Below, in pieces: positions 39,981-54,267 of a stretch of DNA of 64,000 bases. Both the position numbers and the translations under genes were made by a program. This DNA is from Dicyema japonicum. Lineage: Eukaryota; Animalia; Dicyemida. Under the pieces are notes generated by a model that saw nothing but the letters and a program-made list of their open reading frames with translations, ran no database searches and was not told where the DNA came from. Each line of letters begins with the position of its first letter. The stretch's first letter is position 1. The stretch lies in contig RDEW01000001.1 in assembly GCA_011109175.1 (NCBI GenBank), positions 2,387,863-2,451,862 on the forward strand. Reading direction: 5' to 3'.

Positions 39981-40389
39981 AAACTCTTTTATTAAGTTTT
40001 ATAAGTTATATTTCGTTTTTAGGTCATATTTTATTTATAATTTTTTTATAAAGTTATATTTATTATTTAATTATTTATTTTTTTTTTATTAAAAAATATA
40101 AATTACTTATTTCGCGTTGAGTTTCTTGTTGTCGTGGATGCCTAGTCAAAGTTGTCAAACAAGAAAAANAGGTCTTATTAGTTATATTTCGTTTTTAGGT
40201 CATATTTTATTTATAATTTTTTTATAAAGTTATATTTATTATTTAATTATTTTTTTTTTATTAAAAAATATAAATTACTTATTTCGCGTTGAGTTTCTTG
40301 TTGTCGTGGATTCCTAGTCAAAGTTGTCAAACAAGAAAAAATTTAAAAAATCATAATCAAATATCCCATGGAATTTGAGAGGGATTTTA

Positions 40390-40780
40390 ATGGGAATTTA
40401 TATTGTCTAAAATGTCTTTAATAAAAATTTTAATGTGGAACAACACCGGCAAACAATAAACACAGATTTGATTTCTGTCTACTATCCAATTATTATGGAA
40501 ATAAGAAAATTCCAAGATAATTTTTTCCATTATGGATGCAATTAAATTTATGGATTCAATCAAATTTGAACAGGATCCGTGTGATATCAAATTATATCTT
40601 GAAAAAAGGATAAGTAAAATGCCATTAAAAAATATCAAAAATGCTAAATTAAAAGATTTTTGTCCAGAATTTTTTGCAAACTTATGGAAGTGTCCTGGAA
40701 CAACTATTTTGGTAGAAAGAAGTTTTTCCATGTTAAATAAAATGCTCGAAATGGATAGAAACCTTAATATTAAAAATTAA
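40390..40780 (+). mobile_element. hAT transposase dimerisation-domain remnant
   Basis: CPGTTILVERSFSMLNKML resembles the hAT P.TS..ERSFS motif. Confidence 0.6.
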
Positions 40781-40857
40781 TTGATGCTTTATTTAAATAA
40801 ATGTGATTAAACAATATTTTAAATCGGTTCAGCTCGAATATTTTTAAATCGGTTCAG

Positions 40858-41123
40858 ACACCTGGAGCAGCTGCTTCGACTGCGGAGAACCTAAAAATCA
40901 ATAAATATTTTTGCCTCGGGGATCTCTACCGATTTACTCCTGTTGCGACCGAATCATCGGGAGCCGTTGGTCCAATGACGGCTGAATTCTTGCAAGAACT
41001 CGGAGGATTGCTTGCCAGAAAAAAAGGGATCAACGAGAAGGGTTATGGCTAAGACAAAAGATTGGAATAGCCATACTCCGATGGAACTCGTTCGCAATCC
41101 ACGCAGCAGGCTTCCTCAACTGA
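40858..41123 (+). mobile_element. CRE-like retrotransposon 3' end
   Basis: PGAAASTAENLKINKY...FTPVATESSGAVGP...FLQELG...WLRQKIGIAILR.N. Confidence 0.8.
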
Positions 41124-41579
41124 CATTTGTTTAATTGTTAAAAAAAATTTTCTTTAAAAAAAAAGTTAAAAACATATTTAATTTTTAGGTCTTAAAAGTT
41201 CTATTTTCAAGGTCATATTTGTGGTTGTCCTAGTTATAACTTTAGTAGATCTAACCTGGAGTGGTCATGGATCATCCGTATCATATTAATAAGATTATTA
41301 CTCCCAATGTTAATTATTGAGTAGTTCTTTTATAATAGAGATGATGATAATTCCATAATTTCTTCAACTCAGATCTACGTAATCGACCTCATGTGTGTAT
41401 TGTAAGGTATTACGTACAACTCACCATTGTGGGTGTGATCTGTCGTGAAGAACTGTATAGTCAGATTAATATTTTAGACAACAAAAATATCTGAGGAATA
41501 AATAGGATAGAAGAGTTCCATGATTTTTGATATATCTGAGTCAGAACCAGAGACTGATTACATGAATACTATACTTGAT

Positions 41580-41735
41580 TGAAGATTTTTGTTTTTTCTG
41601 TTCCTCCTCTTCCTTTTCGAGTATAATGGCGTCATGTGATCCACTTGTCTCAGGTGGCACCCAATTCCAGAGTGGCATGTAAAAGGATCATTTGTTCTCC
41701 TCCTCCACTGTAGGGGTTCCCACAACCATACGGAA
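41580..41735 (+). mobile_element. Repeat family B copy
   Basis: GGCGTCATGTGATCCACTTGTCTCAGGTGGCACCCA...AAAAGGATCATTTG.TCTC. Confidence 0.7.
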
Positions 41736-42829
41736 TGGACGTTTTTTACCTTTTATGCTGGTTCTGGATGGACTTTAATACTGGAAAGACTATTTCTATG
41801 ACAGTGGGAACTGGATACACTAAATTAGTTGTTAGGGGGTAACAATAATGACCGAAAACACCTTGGGGAAGCCTTTGAACCAACGATAACACAATTAGCA
41901 TCCATTTCAAAACGATTTTAGATGGATATTGTGGAAGTTATCGTTCATTAGGCATGTGTTCAGGTTATACTTAAATATATAATTACCTACTATTTCAATG
42001 TTTCGTCATTCAGCAGAGATGAAGCAAATAAGCTACCCTATTGCCTCAAACAAGCTACAGTAAACTTTCCCAAATTTGCCATTTCTGGTTCCAGCATTTT
42101 TTGCGGCAAATTTCAGGATTTAATCAATAATTTTAAAATAGTTATTGGGTAACTTATCTTCTATGAAAATAACTAAATTTGACTTTATTACAAAAAAAAT
42201 ATTTTAAATAATAAAGTATTAAATTTTATTGAAATAAAATTCAATTTCCATTTGCTTCTTTTTTATATTTCTAGTATTTGCATTAAATCTTCTAATCTTC
42301 TAAAAAGTTAGAAAACCCCCGCCCAATTCGGAAATGCGTTGGAACCCGGAAAAACACCAAGCAAGAATGAGATGGCTAGTCGAGGCGCGGGAATCACCTG
42401 AAGGCTATGTAGTTATTCAATTTTTCAGTTATTTTTGGTATTAATAAATATTCTAATAGATGTAATGAAGACGACATCCTCTTCGTTTCAACGTTCTCGA
42501 AAAGATTTTTTCAGTTTCACTTAAATTGGATGCTATTTCAGTCTTGTTTAGGGGTTTCAATTCAGTAGTTTCTTCATGGATGAGTATCTCATTGTCATCA
42601 ATTAATGATGTTATTCTTCATCTATCGCATTTTTTCAGAATAATTTATTCATTGATTTCATATTAATTCTTTGATTTCAATCGGATCGTGAGTATCCGTC
42701 TTTGATAAAATTTCTTAAATTATGTTCACATTTACTAAAGGTGTGCTAGTACCCGATTTTTTTAGAATTTGAAAACAATTTTTGACTGTTTTAGGAGATC
42801 CATCTTCCCAGGCCATTTCTATAAATAAA

Positions 42830-45400
42830 CCACAAGGAAACCTCAAGGTGATCGAAATCCAAGAGAAATCCAAGAGAGGGTTTCGGAAATTGTTCTAAAG
42901 AATGTGCCAATATGGATTGAGGAAAACGAACTTATGGCTACATGAAAGAAATTGCTCCAACCACTGAGTCGGTAAAACGTCTTGTAAGAGATGGAAGAAA
43001 ACTCCGTGTTGTGAAGATGAGCTTAAGGTCAGGGGCAGAAGCTACGTCCTTGATACGCCTGGGTCTTGTCATTGGGTGGATGGAAATCGATTGTGATTGG
43101 ATCAGAAAACTACCCCCAAGATGCTTTAATTGTCAATTTTACGGATACATTGCAAGACATTGCAATGGGGAAGAGATGTTTCTTTTGTGGAGGACCACAC
43201 AATTCCCCGGAGTGCCCGGAACCGAACAATAGAATATCTTGTATCAACTACGGGTCTGGGGCTCACGGAACTGGTTATGGTGGCTGTCCGATGGCCAGGG
43301 AAGTCGTGGCTCTATAGAAAGAGGGACTGAATGTCATGGGTTAGGAACGTGGAGGAGAGGAGAAAATCCTTCACCACGTTATCTAGATGGGAAGTCTAAC
43401 GAATACAAGCAGGACGCAATAATCAAAAATCGACCTCAAAACTATGAAATCATGAATCAAACACATAAAAAGCTAATTGTGGAGAAAGACCATCTGAAGG
43501 AAAAGCTAAATTGGTCCTGCTGGGAACATATTCCAGGGGCATCTGAAAGAAAATCGAGAGAACTTGCATATGTGATTAATCGTCTGAACGAAGTGTGTGG
43601 TAAGGTATACCTGGATTTACTGCACGTGGTGGATCTGGTCTAGGAGTAAAAGTCATTAAATCGATGATGTTGTCTCTATTCCCAGCTCAAGAAACATGAT
43701 GGCTTCTACTATGCTAAAGAAGAAATACCTCTAGTTTTTGAGACACAAAAAAGATATTTAAAGTGAGGGATGATGTCATCGCGGAGAATACTTGTTATGA
43801 GCCATTGTCAGAGAAAACAGCATTTATAGAGATCTTTCTAGAAGAGCTGAAGATAACAATAAGAGCTGTCAAGAATAAAGCTCCGGGCACTATTTTATCA
43901 AAGCTAGGATGTTCAAAGAATGCCAAGAAATTTTATTCAAAGTTCTCAAAGATGTGTTCAACGCAAGCATTAAAATTGGTAATGTTACACAAGAATGGAA
44001 GAAGACTCATTTACGGATGGTAGCGAAGACTGGGAGAACAAAGAATGATCCTGCTAGCTACCGTCCGATCAGCCTGATTCAATTAATTTCAAAAATTATA
44101 GAAAAAATTGTCTTCTGGAATTTTACAGATAAGCTGGAAAAAAAGACTACTTCAGAATTGATCAATTTGGTTTTCTCCCAAAACGGTCATGAGGTGATAG
44201 CTTATTTTTTTAACTCCGAGTTATGCAAAGCCAGAGAATCCAAATGTTTTGTGAATGTCATACGTCTCGACATATTAAAAGCATTCGACAGTGTTAACCA
44301 CAGAGCCATAATCAATAAGTTATCTCGGACGGGAAGCCCAAATGAACTAGTGAATTGGGTGAAAGTGTACATAGAAGGAAGAAACTCCTATGTTAGATGC
44401 GGATGCTATTTTTCAAATATGATATTATTGAAGAGAGGAGTCCCACAAGGATCCTTTATTGTTTAATGTTCTAATGCCTGGTTTCCCGTCTCCGAGTACA
44501 CCAAGTACGAGATCTNACGTCTCGACATATTAAAAGCATTCGACAGTGTTAACCACAGAGCCATAATCAATAAGTTATCTCGGACGGGAAGCCCAAAGGA
44601 ACTAGTGAATTGGGTGAAAGTGTACATAGAAGGAAGAAACTCCTATGTTAGATGCGGATGCTATTTTTCAAATATGATATTATTGAAGAGAGGAGTTCCA
44701 CAAGGATCCTCTATAGTTTAATGTTCTAATGCCTGGTTTCCCGTCTCCAAGTACACCAAGTACGAGATCTCTGATATACGCAGACGACGTGCTACTGAAT
44801 GATGTGTCAGGATCGAGCATGATCTCATAGAGAAGACTCAATGTGTATATGGAAGGAATAAAAGATTGATGAGGTCTCCAAGGATTAAATCAATGTCGAT
44901 CAGAGATGCAGCAGAAAAAAGGATGGCAAACTTCCTAAAAAAAATGCCATCATGGACTCTTATGCTGCAGCAAAAAATAAACGATAAGAGGGGTCTGAAG
45001 AGTCCAGGCGATTGCAGAACTTGCGATGAGAAGCCAACTAATTNATCATTCCATCACTCCTCTATGGACTGGAAGGATGGTATTACACTGCATACAAAGA
45101 GCGTTTTATCTTGATTTTTGAAAAATCGAGGAGAGCAGGGATCAAGATTACCCTGCGAAAGAGGCTCGACGAGAAGTTAGATGAAGACGAAAATTTGTTA
45201 GCAATGTCGATCAGAGATGCAGCAGAAAAAATGATGGCAAACTTCCTAAAAAAATGCCATCATGGACTCTTATGCTGCAGCAAAAAATAAACGATAAGAG
45301 GGGTCTGAAGAGTCCAGGCGATTGCAGGACTTGCGATGAGAAGCCAACAAATTCCCTCTTTGATTTCCTTGCAAATAAAGTTGTTCACTCGGGTAACGGT
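42830..45400 (+). mobile_element. Decayed LINE with gag-like zinc-knuckle ORF1 and RT ORF2 (Jockey/I-like)
   Basis: RCFNCQFYG, CFFCGGPH, KAPG, SYRPISL, DILKAFDSV, GVPQGS and YADD motifs. Confidence 0.85.
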
Positions 45401-45922
45401 AGCGCCTGTGACATAATAAATTTGATTTTTTAGTTTTTTTTGTTTTGTCGACTGGTAGGTTGAGATAATGTCTACTTTGTTTCATGATAGACGAAAGCCC
45501 TTGTCTTCATTCTTCTCGTGGACGAGTGGCGGATTTAGACCTTAGAAACCCTTGGTTCTAAACAACGGGAGTGTCGGATCACGAAATATTAAGATTCAAG
45601 TCCCCTTCAGATGAGCGTAAATCCTATAAGTCATTTTTTAGTCGGTGATTGTCTTGAAAGCTACATAAACTGGTGCACGTGTGACACTGACTTAATTTAA
45701 AAAAGCATGATAAAACAAAACTAGCCACCTGATCCCAACATGTTGCAACTGCACTGAACAGGCCAGGAATTGTCTTCGGTGGTGTGAATGGTTCTTTTTC
45801 GAGGTTTGTTAGTTACTCTCAGGTGGAGTGAACGGTTCGTGAGCGGAACCAACAGAGCTTATGGACCACGTGCCTTGTGTTTAATCAGAACAAAGAATAT
45901 TATTAGAGGTAGTATTAGTGAA

Positions 45923-47883
45923 TTAGTTATTAAGGACATTACATATTCCCCCACGTTGACACCAATTCGGACTATTCGATGACTTTCCACCATTCAAACA
46001 CCAACGTGGAACACATTTTCGCCTGTTTTCCGGCGGAAATACTCCACATCCCCAATAGTACGCCCTGTTGGTAGTATTCCAGGCACAGTAAACGTGTCTT
46101 TCCTGAAATGCCGAGCTACAATCCCCTTCACACTAAAATGTTAGCTTATTGGTAACCTTGCTCCACTCTTTAGTGAACCACCGGAAAGTGCATAACTCGT
46201 TATGGCAGACTCTAACCGTCACCGGAGAGGGTTTGGAACATAATCGGGGATCAATTGGGTTGTCCTCCCAATCCACACATCGACTAGTTCGAATGTTGAT
46301 TGATTTTTTAAAGTCAAAACAGTTGTCCTCAGAGCACTATGGGTACATAATCTTGACCCAATACCGATGACCAGGGGGATAACTTCCATTGTGGACACAC
46401 TGAGCCACATGGCTCCTCATGAGGAGGGCGACGAAGGCCGATATCTTCACACAATTCGTTGGGTACAGAAATATAAGACTGTTTTGAAACAAGTCCACAG
46501 AATGCAGTCCTCTTTTTATCCCCCAATCCACAAATGACGGAACAAGAAGACCAATTGGCAACCAAATATGTCAAAATTGAAGAGCTCTTCACTAAAACTC
46601 CATAATTATCAGTCAAATCTACAAAATGATAGTTAATGTACTCTCAATGTAACTCAAATTCAATCCACTGTTGTCTTCTACCCTGATCGTGAACTCCTTG
46701 TATATTCCTCCACTCCACGTGCATCGGAAAATAGTATTTCTTTCAGTTTCTACGGTTATGGTCCGTTTGGATGATACTAGTCCGGCCTCATTCATCCACG
46801 TGATGTTTTCCGTGTTGGAAGGGCACCTCAACTCGATTCTTGTATTGGGTCTGAGGTGCAAGATATCCTGGTAGTCGACCACCAAAGGGGATTGAAGAGG
46901 CACAAGTTGAGTCAGAGATTCGTTAGAATACATCCTGAGACCGTTTTTGCACAGATGACGTCTTGGACACTCTCGGATGTACACCGGTTCCCATGGACAT
47001 TTGTCTTCGCTAAGGATCTCTGTATTGGAAAAATTATCGTCCCCCGTGAGCACACACTGTCTCCTTTGGACGGATATTGATCTTTCACAACGATTCGGGC
47101 ACTAATATAAAATCAGTCACGAACCAAGGACCACTCTGATTTCTTCCATTGAATCTTGCATTGAGTCCCATTGCAGTCCTTATATCCCTGTGGGGGAGGT
47201 TGACTGCAGTACTTGTTTGGAATGGAGATTATCATGCCTCCTTTGAATTTCTGGTAACATTTGTAAGTCAGTTTCTGATATCCTGGACCACATGTTGAAG
47301 AACATGACCCAGTTTCTTTGAGAACCCACCTACAAAAAAAAAGATCTATTTACCATGGCTCGCAGGGGAACGTGTTGCACTCCACTGGTCCATACCTTGG
47401 GCGTGTCACTTGAGAGCACATGTTATCCGGTATAAATTGAGCTGTTTTTTTATTTACACAGTAAAAAACAGGGTAGGAGGTACCTTGAATAATATCACTG
47501 ACTGCCAACCTCCAAGACATTCAGCATCGCACTTGGAATACCACATGAGCCTCCAATAATAACTGTCAGTTGTATTTTCATCACAATCCCCCGAATTACA
47601 GTCAATAGAAGATGGTGGTTTGGGTTCTGCCTCGTAGATATAAACAGAGACCTTTCTGGCACAACGATGAGTTAACGGGAAGATGAATATATTGAAAAGG
47701 GACATATACTGAGCAAATCACATCCCTGAACCTTTTCCCCATTCCACAGTCTGTCGAACACATCCCCCACAACCCAACAATCCATTTGGTCTCGAATGGC
47801 TTCAACTAGCTGATGACGAAATTTCAGCTTACAGAATTCGCTGATTCAGCAAAAATATAAAAAACGAGTATAACCGAGATCAT
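45923..47883 (-). CDS. ADAMTS-like secreted protein (TSP1 repeats plus Ig domain; punctin/MADD-4-like)
   Basis: Signal peptide MISVILVFYIFAESANS, several W..CS..CG.G...R...C TSP1 repeats and an Ig-like IELRCP...ITW...FRC. No protease domain seen. The 3' end is approximate. Confidence 0.8.
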
Positions 47884-49329
47884 GAGTCCCAAGTCTCTAC
47901 ACGATTGACTGCAGCAAACACGCCGTCTTAAATTAAAGTAGTTGCGTAGATTGACATATCTAAACGTCGTTGATTGCTATTTATAGTTATATTCTCAATT
48001 AGTACTGCGAGCTCCTTATCACACATAGCACTTCCAGTGGAGAGTCCAAGTCCTTCGAGGAACCCTTATTGATTCATCTGTCCGTCATCTAGCACTTCTG
48101 AGCCCTTGGACGTGGGTAAACTTATAATCCTCACGTATCATCCAATTTTGAGAACCTTACGACTGAATGATTGTCGAAATTTCAGTATCATGAGGAAGAG
48201 ATCCATGGTTGGGAGAGATCTTTGAAGACATGGACGTGCTATTTGGCTGCAATTCATGATTTTGTTATTTACATTTGGCTTATTATTGGTGACATTATCA
48301 TTAACATCATTACCTTGACACGTGTCAACTAATGATTTTGATAAACATAATAAAGGGCTAATCAACCTTATATTTCGCTGTTTTTCCTAAAGTAGATGAT
48401 TTGAGAGATAAAAATAGATATCTCTTAAATGCAGACAAAATTGATTTTTGATAAATTGGGTTTTCCAAAATTACAAATAAAACATGATCACTTCCTGGTG
48501 CTCAAGAGTTACTCTGTTCACCTACAGGACGACTCTTCTCGTTTATGTGGTAAGTCTTACTATGGAAGTCCTCTTTGCCAAGGATCGATATAGTCGGCTA
48601 TAAGATATTATTTTTGAATTTCAAGATAACTACGAATGAAGCGATCCATCGATCCAAGTAATCTATACAAATATTCTAAGACCTGTGCTGAGGTTACGTA
48701 CCTTTATTGCATAAAATTTCGTTTTATTACGGATGAAAGCCTATGGCCTTTTCTTCGAGGATAGACTGATAGACGAGGTTCTGAACGGTGCCAGACGCAC
48801 GCAGTATCCACGTTCGGATTTCAACCGGAACAAAAACTGTAAACACTTGGGGGATTATCTGTCAAGCTCCACATTGAGATGATTCTATGTTGCTAATAAT
48901 AGCGGTTGCATGGAAAAGGGCGCACAAAGTGACCGAACAGTAGATTTCTGGAAAAATCGACATCTCTTAGGTCACTAATATGGATAAGCGGAATGTTGGC
49001 CTCATACGACAGTTCTCCCTCGCCGTGTCAAGCTGAGGGTACTGTCAGAACGTGTAGAGATTACTTAGTTCTTGGTTTTTAACAGTGGCCTTTGATTGAT
49101 AAACGAATAATGAGAGAGTAACACGTGACAAAAATCCCAAGCACCCACATTAGCCACACTCATCATGTATTTTAATCCATGTGTGAATCAATAGGAAAAT
49201 AATAAAGGTTTCCCCCGAGATATCGATCACAGAAAGATTCATCCTCCCTCTTTCAGGCAGCCTTAGCTAACTCTACTCCCATTTTTTAATTAAATTATGG
49301 AAAATTAATTTCAATCAGGAAAACCTCTA

Positions 49330-49760
49330 AGGTTTACAAGTGATTATGTTATGTTGTCCAATTAAGTCGTGTCCGACCCTTGGAAATCTCATGAACAAGT
49401 TTCCTCCACTCTCCCCGATCCGTCGCAATTTGGAGTAGCCTTGATATAGGCATTCCCGTGACGTCTTCCACCGTGGATAGCCACCGAGTCCTCGGTCGAC
49501 AAGGTCTTCTCTTCCCAGTAATATTGCTCAGCATAATGGATCTTTCCAGGGAGTCAGAGCGGACAACATGCCCAAAGAACGCCAATCTGTATTTTACGAT
49601 TCTTCCTTCTAGCGAAATATCCGTATCCACCCGTTTGAGTACATCGTTGTTTGTTATTTTGGAAGTCCAAGGATTCTTAGTAACCTCCTCCAGCACCACA
49701 GTTCAAAAGCATCAATTTTTCGTCTATCCGCCTTTTTCAGTGATTAATATCATGGAATTC
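49330..49760 (-). mobile_element. RTE/BovB-like LINE 3' fragment
   Basis: RLAFFGHVVR...LERSIML..GKRR..RPRTRW...DRGEWRKLVH...RTRL. Confidence 0.8.
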
Positions 49761-50263
49761 GTGGCATGCCTTACGAAATTGTTAATATAAAGTTAGTGTT
49801 CCAATGTCTCACATTAAATAATTATTCTTTCAGCTTCAAAAGAGATCATCTGTACACCACTCCCTTGGATTCCTATAACCGAAGTATTGGGTGGTTTCCT
49901 CTCTTTCCACAGTGGACTTGTGATATTTGAAGGTCTCTGCTTATGTCACCATGGGAACTGGATACTCTTGGAAGATCGTTCTTCTGGATCCTACTTTGTA
50001 GTTCAACAGCATACCCATTAAGTGAAAGGAGTCGACGGCTAATATCGCTGTTTCATGTGAATCACTCGCTCGTAGAACAACTGCCTAGATATATGACCTT
50101 TCCCCTGCCAAGCAAATCTGACAGTTGTCGGATTTCTTTTAAGGTTAACAATTTGAGCAATCACAATTTAAAAGTTTAATAATTTTGTAATTAATATTTT
50201 AAATAAAAGTTATTAATAATTAAATTTGAAAATTAACTTAAAATTATAATTTATGTCAATCCC

Positions 50264-51177
50264 ATGTGGAGGAATTTATTAACATTGTCAGCTGGATTAG
50301 CTGTGACCTACTACATTGCTCCTGATCAGTCCAATCGTCTTCTCAGATCACTTAGACAAAACTTTGTAGTAAAAGCTGCGTCTCCGAGTATTTTAAATGA
50401 GACTCCAAAGTGGGATTTTAACTGGGATAGGTACTAATTTCTTCATTACTGGCAGTCATCAAATCCTCAACGATGTTCACCCTTCCAGTATTCCCACGGC
50501 CACGCGGACTGTTTTCATGATCCGCCATGGACAGTACAACTTGGAGGGGAAAACAGACGATGAAAGGAAATTGACTTTGTTGGGTTTTTATCGCTTTTAC
50601 TCTTTAAAGGTCAAGAACAGGCTCAGATAACATCGGATAGACTATTAGCGCTGAACATTTCCGTGAATTCCGTGACTTCTTCAACAATGACTAGAGCCCG
50701 GGAAACGGCAGAGACATTTTTCCGCGATTATAGCAAGAAAAATGAAGATTCTGAACAAGCAATGTTGATGGAGACTTGTGATCTTCTTCGTGAGGGCGCG
50801 CCCTTCCCCCCAGACCCGCCAAACTCGTTTTGTCGGTCAAACAAGGAAAATGTAAGTTCAACGGTCACGTGTCAGTTTTTGAAGGACGGTCCTCGAATTG
50901 AAGCTGCCTTCCATAAGTATTTTTACCGTGCTCCCCCATCACAGAAACGGGACAGTGTGGACGTGATCTTCTGCCATGCGAATGTGATTCGTTACCTTGT
51001 GTGCAGGTTGGTAGGTCATGTTACTGAAGGGCTCTCCAACTTCCCCCATCGAGTTGGCTGAGGATGTCTTTGTCCCATGCCTCCATTACTGAGCTGGTGA
51101 TTTACCCAAATGGTTTGGTTTCTCTGCGTCTGTTTGGAGACTGTGGACATATCCCTTCTGATAAGGTCACTTACTGA
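50264..51177 (+). CDS. PGAM5: Mitochondrial Ser/Thr phosphatase PGAM5
   Basis: WDFNWD, IRHGQY, SSTMTRA.ETA, LLREGAP, DGPRIEAAF, CHANVIRY and GD.GH. Four micro-introns. Confidence 0.94.
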
Positions 51178-51824
51178 GACTTGTTTATTTCGGAATTAAT
51201 ACTGGTTTTTTACATTTATGCGGTTGAATGGATTTTTAAGATTTTTATGGTCTGTGGGCGTTGTTTTCTGATAGTTGACCATTTGTCCATGTTCTCATTG
51301 TCACATCGACTAGTGTCGCCAAGAAGGGAGACGGGAGGTTATATCTTCCTTGAGAAGATGAAGACATTAACCGTACTAAAGCTATAGTACGCTACAATAC
51401 GTCACCAGATTAACCCTTCGATCATTAACCTCTGAGCTAACGTTTTTCTTGAGAAGATGAAGACATTAACCGTACTAAAGCTATAGTACGCTACAACACG
51501 TCACCAGATTAACCCTTCGATCATTAACCTCTGAGCTAACGTTTTATGTGTCAGTGTTTAACTCGATGGTCACGTGGAAGTAACCGCATGGGGACTATAA
51601 ATATTGGCCTTTGTGGAAGTCTCATTAATTTAGTTTATGGGCGGTTAAAACACTATTTAATTTCTACTATATAATGATGACTATGTAATGATGACGTAAT
51701 GTGTCACCATGACATTAAATTTTGTCCCTTAAAGATTCGATTAAAATAATGGATTTTTAATTAAAACTTAAAAACGATTCAAATTGATTCTTTAGAGTTT
51801 TAATTAGATTTTAACAAATTAGCA

Positions 51825-52005
51825 CTTTAAGCTCATCTTCACAACACGGAGTTTTCTTCCATCTCTTACAAGACGTTTTACCGACTCAGTGGTTGGAGCA
51901 ATTTCTTTCATGTAGCCATAAGTTCATCTTCCTCAATCCATATTGGCACATTCTTTAGAACAATTTCCAAAACCCTCTCTTGGATTTCGATCACCTTGTG
52001 GTTTC
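51825..52005 (-). mobile_element. Near-identical inverted copy of the LINE ORF1 segment at 42830-43025
   Basis: The reverse complement matches almost base for base. It runs into the N gap. Confidence 0.85.
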
Positions 52006-52519
52006 NNNNNNNNNNNNNNNNNNNNNNNNNNNNNNNNNNNNNNNNNNNNNNNNNNNNNNNNNNNNNNNNNNNNNNNNNNNNNNNNNNNNNNNNNNNNNNN
52101 NNNNNNNNNNNNNNNNNNNNNNNNNNNNNNNNNNNNNNNNNNNNNNNNNNNNNNNNNNNNNNNNNNNNNNNNNNNNNNNNNNNNNNNNNNNNNNNNNNNN
52201 NNNNNNNNNNNNNNNNNNNNNNNNNNNNNNNNNNNNNNNNNNNNNNNNNNNNNNNNNNNNNNNNNNNNNNNNNNNNNNNNNNNNNNNNNNNNNNNNNNNN
52301 NNNNNNNNNNNNNNNNNNNNNNNNNNNNNNNNNNNNNNNNNNNNNNNNNNNNNNNNNNNNNNNNNNNNNNNNNNNNNNNNNNNNNNNNNNNNNNNNNNNN
52401 NNNNNNNNNNNNNNNNNNNNNNNNNNNNNNNNNNNNNNNNNNNNNNNNNNNNNNNNNNNNNNNNNNNNNNNNNNNNNNNNNNNNNNNNNNNNNNNNNNNN
52501 NNNNNNNNNNNNNNNNNNN
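52006..52519. other. Assembly gap
   Basis: Run of N. ORFs spanning it are artefacts. Confidence 1.
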
Positions 52520-53220
52520 AAAAAACCCACCCTTCTTTAAACTCTAATGAAAGATGATCGTCGTCTATTCAGGAAAGCCGTGAGTACTGTGGAGGAACAT
52601 ATGAAAAACCTCTCGATCCTGTTGAGGCGTACCGGGAACACTGAATTAGTTGGTTTACTCCTTCTTTCTTGGTGTTCCCTTTTCGGGGTTATTATATAAA
52701 TAAATAAAATATTATCAAAGTTGTGTTAATAAAATTGATTCAACTTTTCATTTTTTTGTAAACTATTTGACTTATTCGATCAATGAGTTAATGTTAGGGC
52801 AATTTAATTGCCTTTTAATCTCAATTTTTTGTTATTAAGGGATACTTTTCGGTTGCCAAAATGATACCATTAAACATTTGTGACAAAACTTGCATTCATC
52901 AATGTGCGTGGATTACACAGCAAGTACTGTTTAAGATTCCAAAAGGAGAAAATACCGTAATATTAAGGATCGATTCGCCTTTCAACCTAACATCGTTGAG
53001 AGTACTGTCGTGGTTGGTCCCAGCTATCAGGTCTATCAGATTACATGCAAAATGCAGAAAAAAGAGTCTTGAATGACACGATGACTCTTCTAGAACATTG
53101 GGTTCGCGATCATAAGGGGTAACTCCCATTACATCCTAAATACCTAAAGACCATAATGGAGCTATTTGACTTTATTTTAATTTTTTTTATAAAACCAAAA
53201 TTTATTTGAACGCATATCAG

Positions 53221-53945
53221 CTAACGACTGCAGGCTGCTCTCATAATTAAAAACGCAGTTTCCCTGACGATTTGCAAGGAAATGCGTTCAATGAACCATC
53301 TGTTTTCTCTCCTATCGTTTTTCTTCTGATCCTGTTTAGCAGGGTCAATGACTTGCTTCAATGATTCTTGTCGTTTCGACTGCCACTGGTTCGAAGAAGA
53401 ATTGTTCTCCAAGACATGCGTATTTTTTTATCTTTAGGGTCTTAGCCTTCTCCGAAGCAGAGCCTGGCGTCAGTTGCTGTCGTTTAAGGGTTAGAGGGAG
53501 AGAGCCTATTGACACAGGTGGCGTCCCAGGCAAGGTATTTTCCACTCTCCCGTGGAAAGAGAGTGGTTCCGTCCGGCCTACGGTTGGCTTAAGCAAGTCC
53601 AAGCGGCTTTAATTGGACAGGACATCCGGCAGCCTCAAGCCCCCAAGCAATGACCCCATAGATTGTGGCATGTCTAGGACTCCTTCCAGTACTCCTCTTC
53701 AGGAAAGAGCGTGAGACCTTTCGGTCGACCATTCCTCCACATCTACACCGATGGGTCGTGCAACCATCTACTCCGAGGCGGACGGAAACCCCAATCCTCG
53801 TCGTGTCGTCATCCAATAGTGTCCCAAGTGAGATACATGGTAAAGCTCTTATACAGGCTCCACTCTGGTTCGTCGATGCAGAAGCCAGACAAGCCAGAAG
53901 ATTCTGATCAAGCACAGGTTTTATTTCTTCATGATTTTTAAACAT
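53221..53945 (-). mobile_element. CRE-like non-LTR retrotransposon (zinc finger plus restriction-like endonuclease), decayed
   Basis: LGTLLDD..RIGVSVRLG...HRCRCG...[26 protein letters not shown]...FEPVAVET and RISLQIVR. Confidence 0.85.
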
Positions 53946-54267
53946 AAATGCTTAAAAATGATAAAAGCCACATTAAGCATGACATCCAACAGCGATCGAC
54001 TTGTTACATTTAACCAGCATGATACGTGACAAAATATTCTTCAATTGTAGCCAAATGAATTGTCTCTGAAATTTTAGCCAAAGGATTCCGACACTCATGC
54101 CACACTTCTGTTCTTTAAATCAAGAATAAGCCTCCATAGATTTTCTCACACATAAATAGGGGGATCGTAGTCTCCTCAAATACAAATTATAATTTCCAAA
54201 GAAATAACTTAATAATTATTAAAACTAATTCCCATTAAACCAAAAGTTATATAATTAAACGATAAAA

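Noticed and set aside
51943-52557. Long ORFs in the track
   Set aside because: Artefacts of the N gap.
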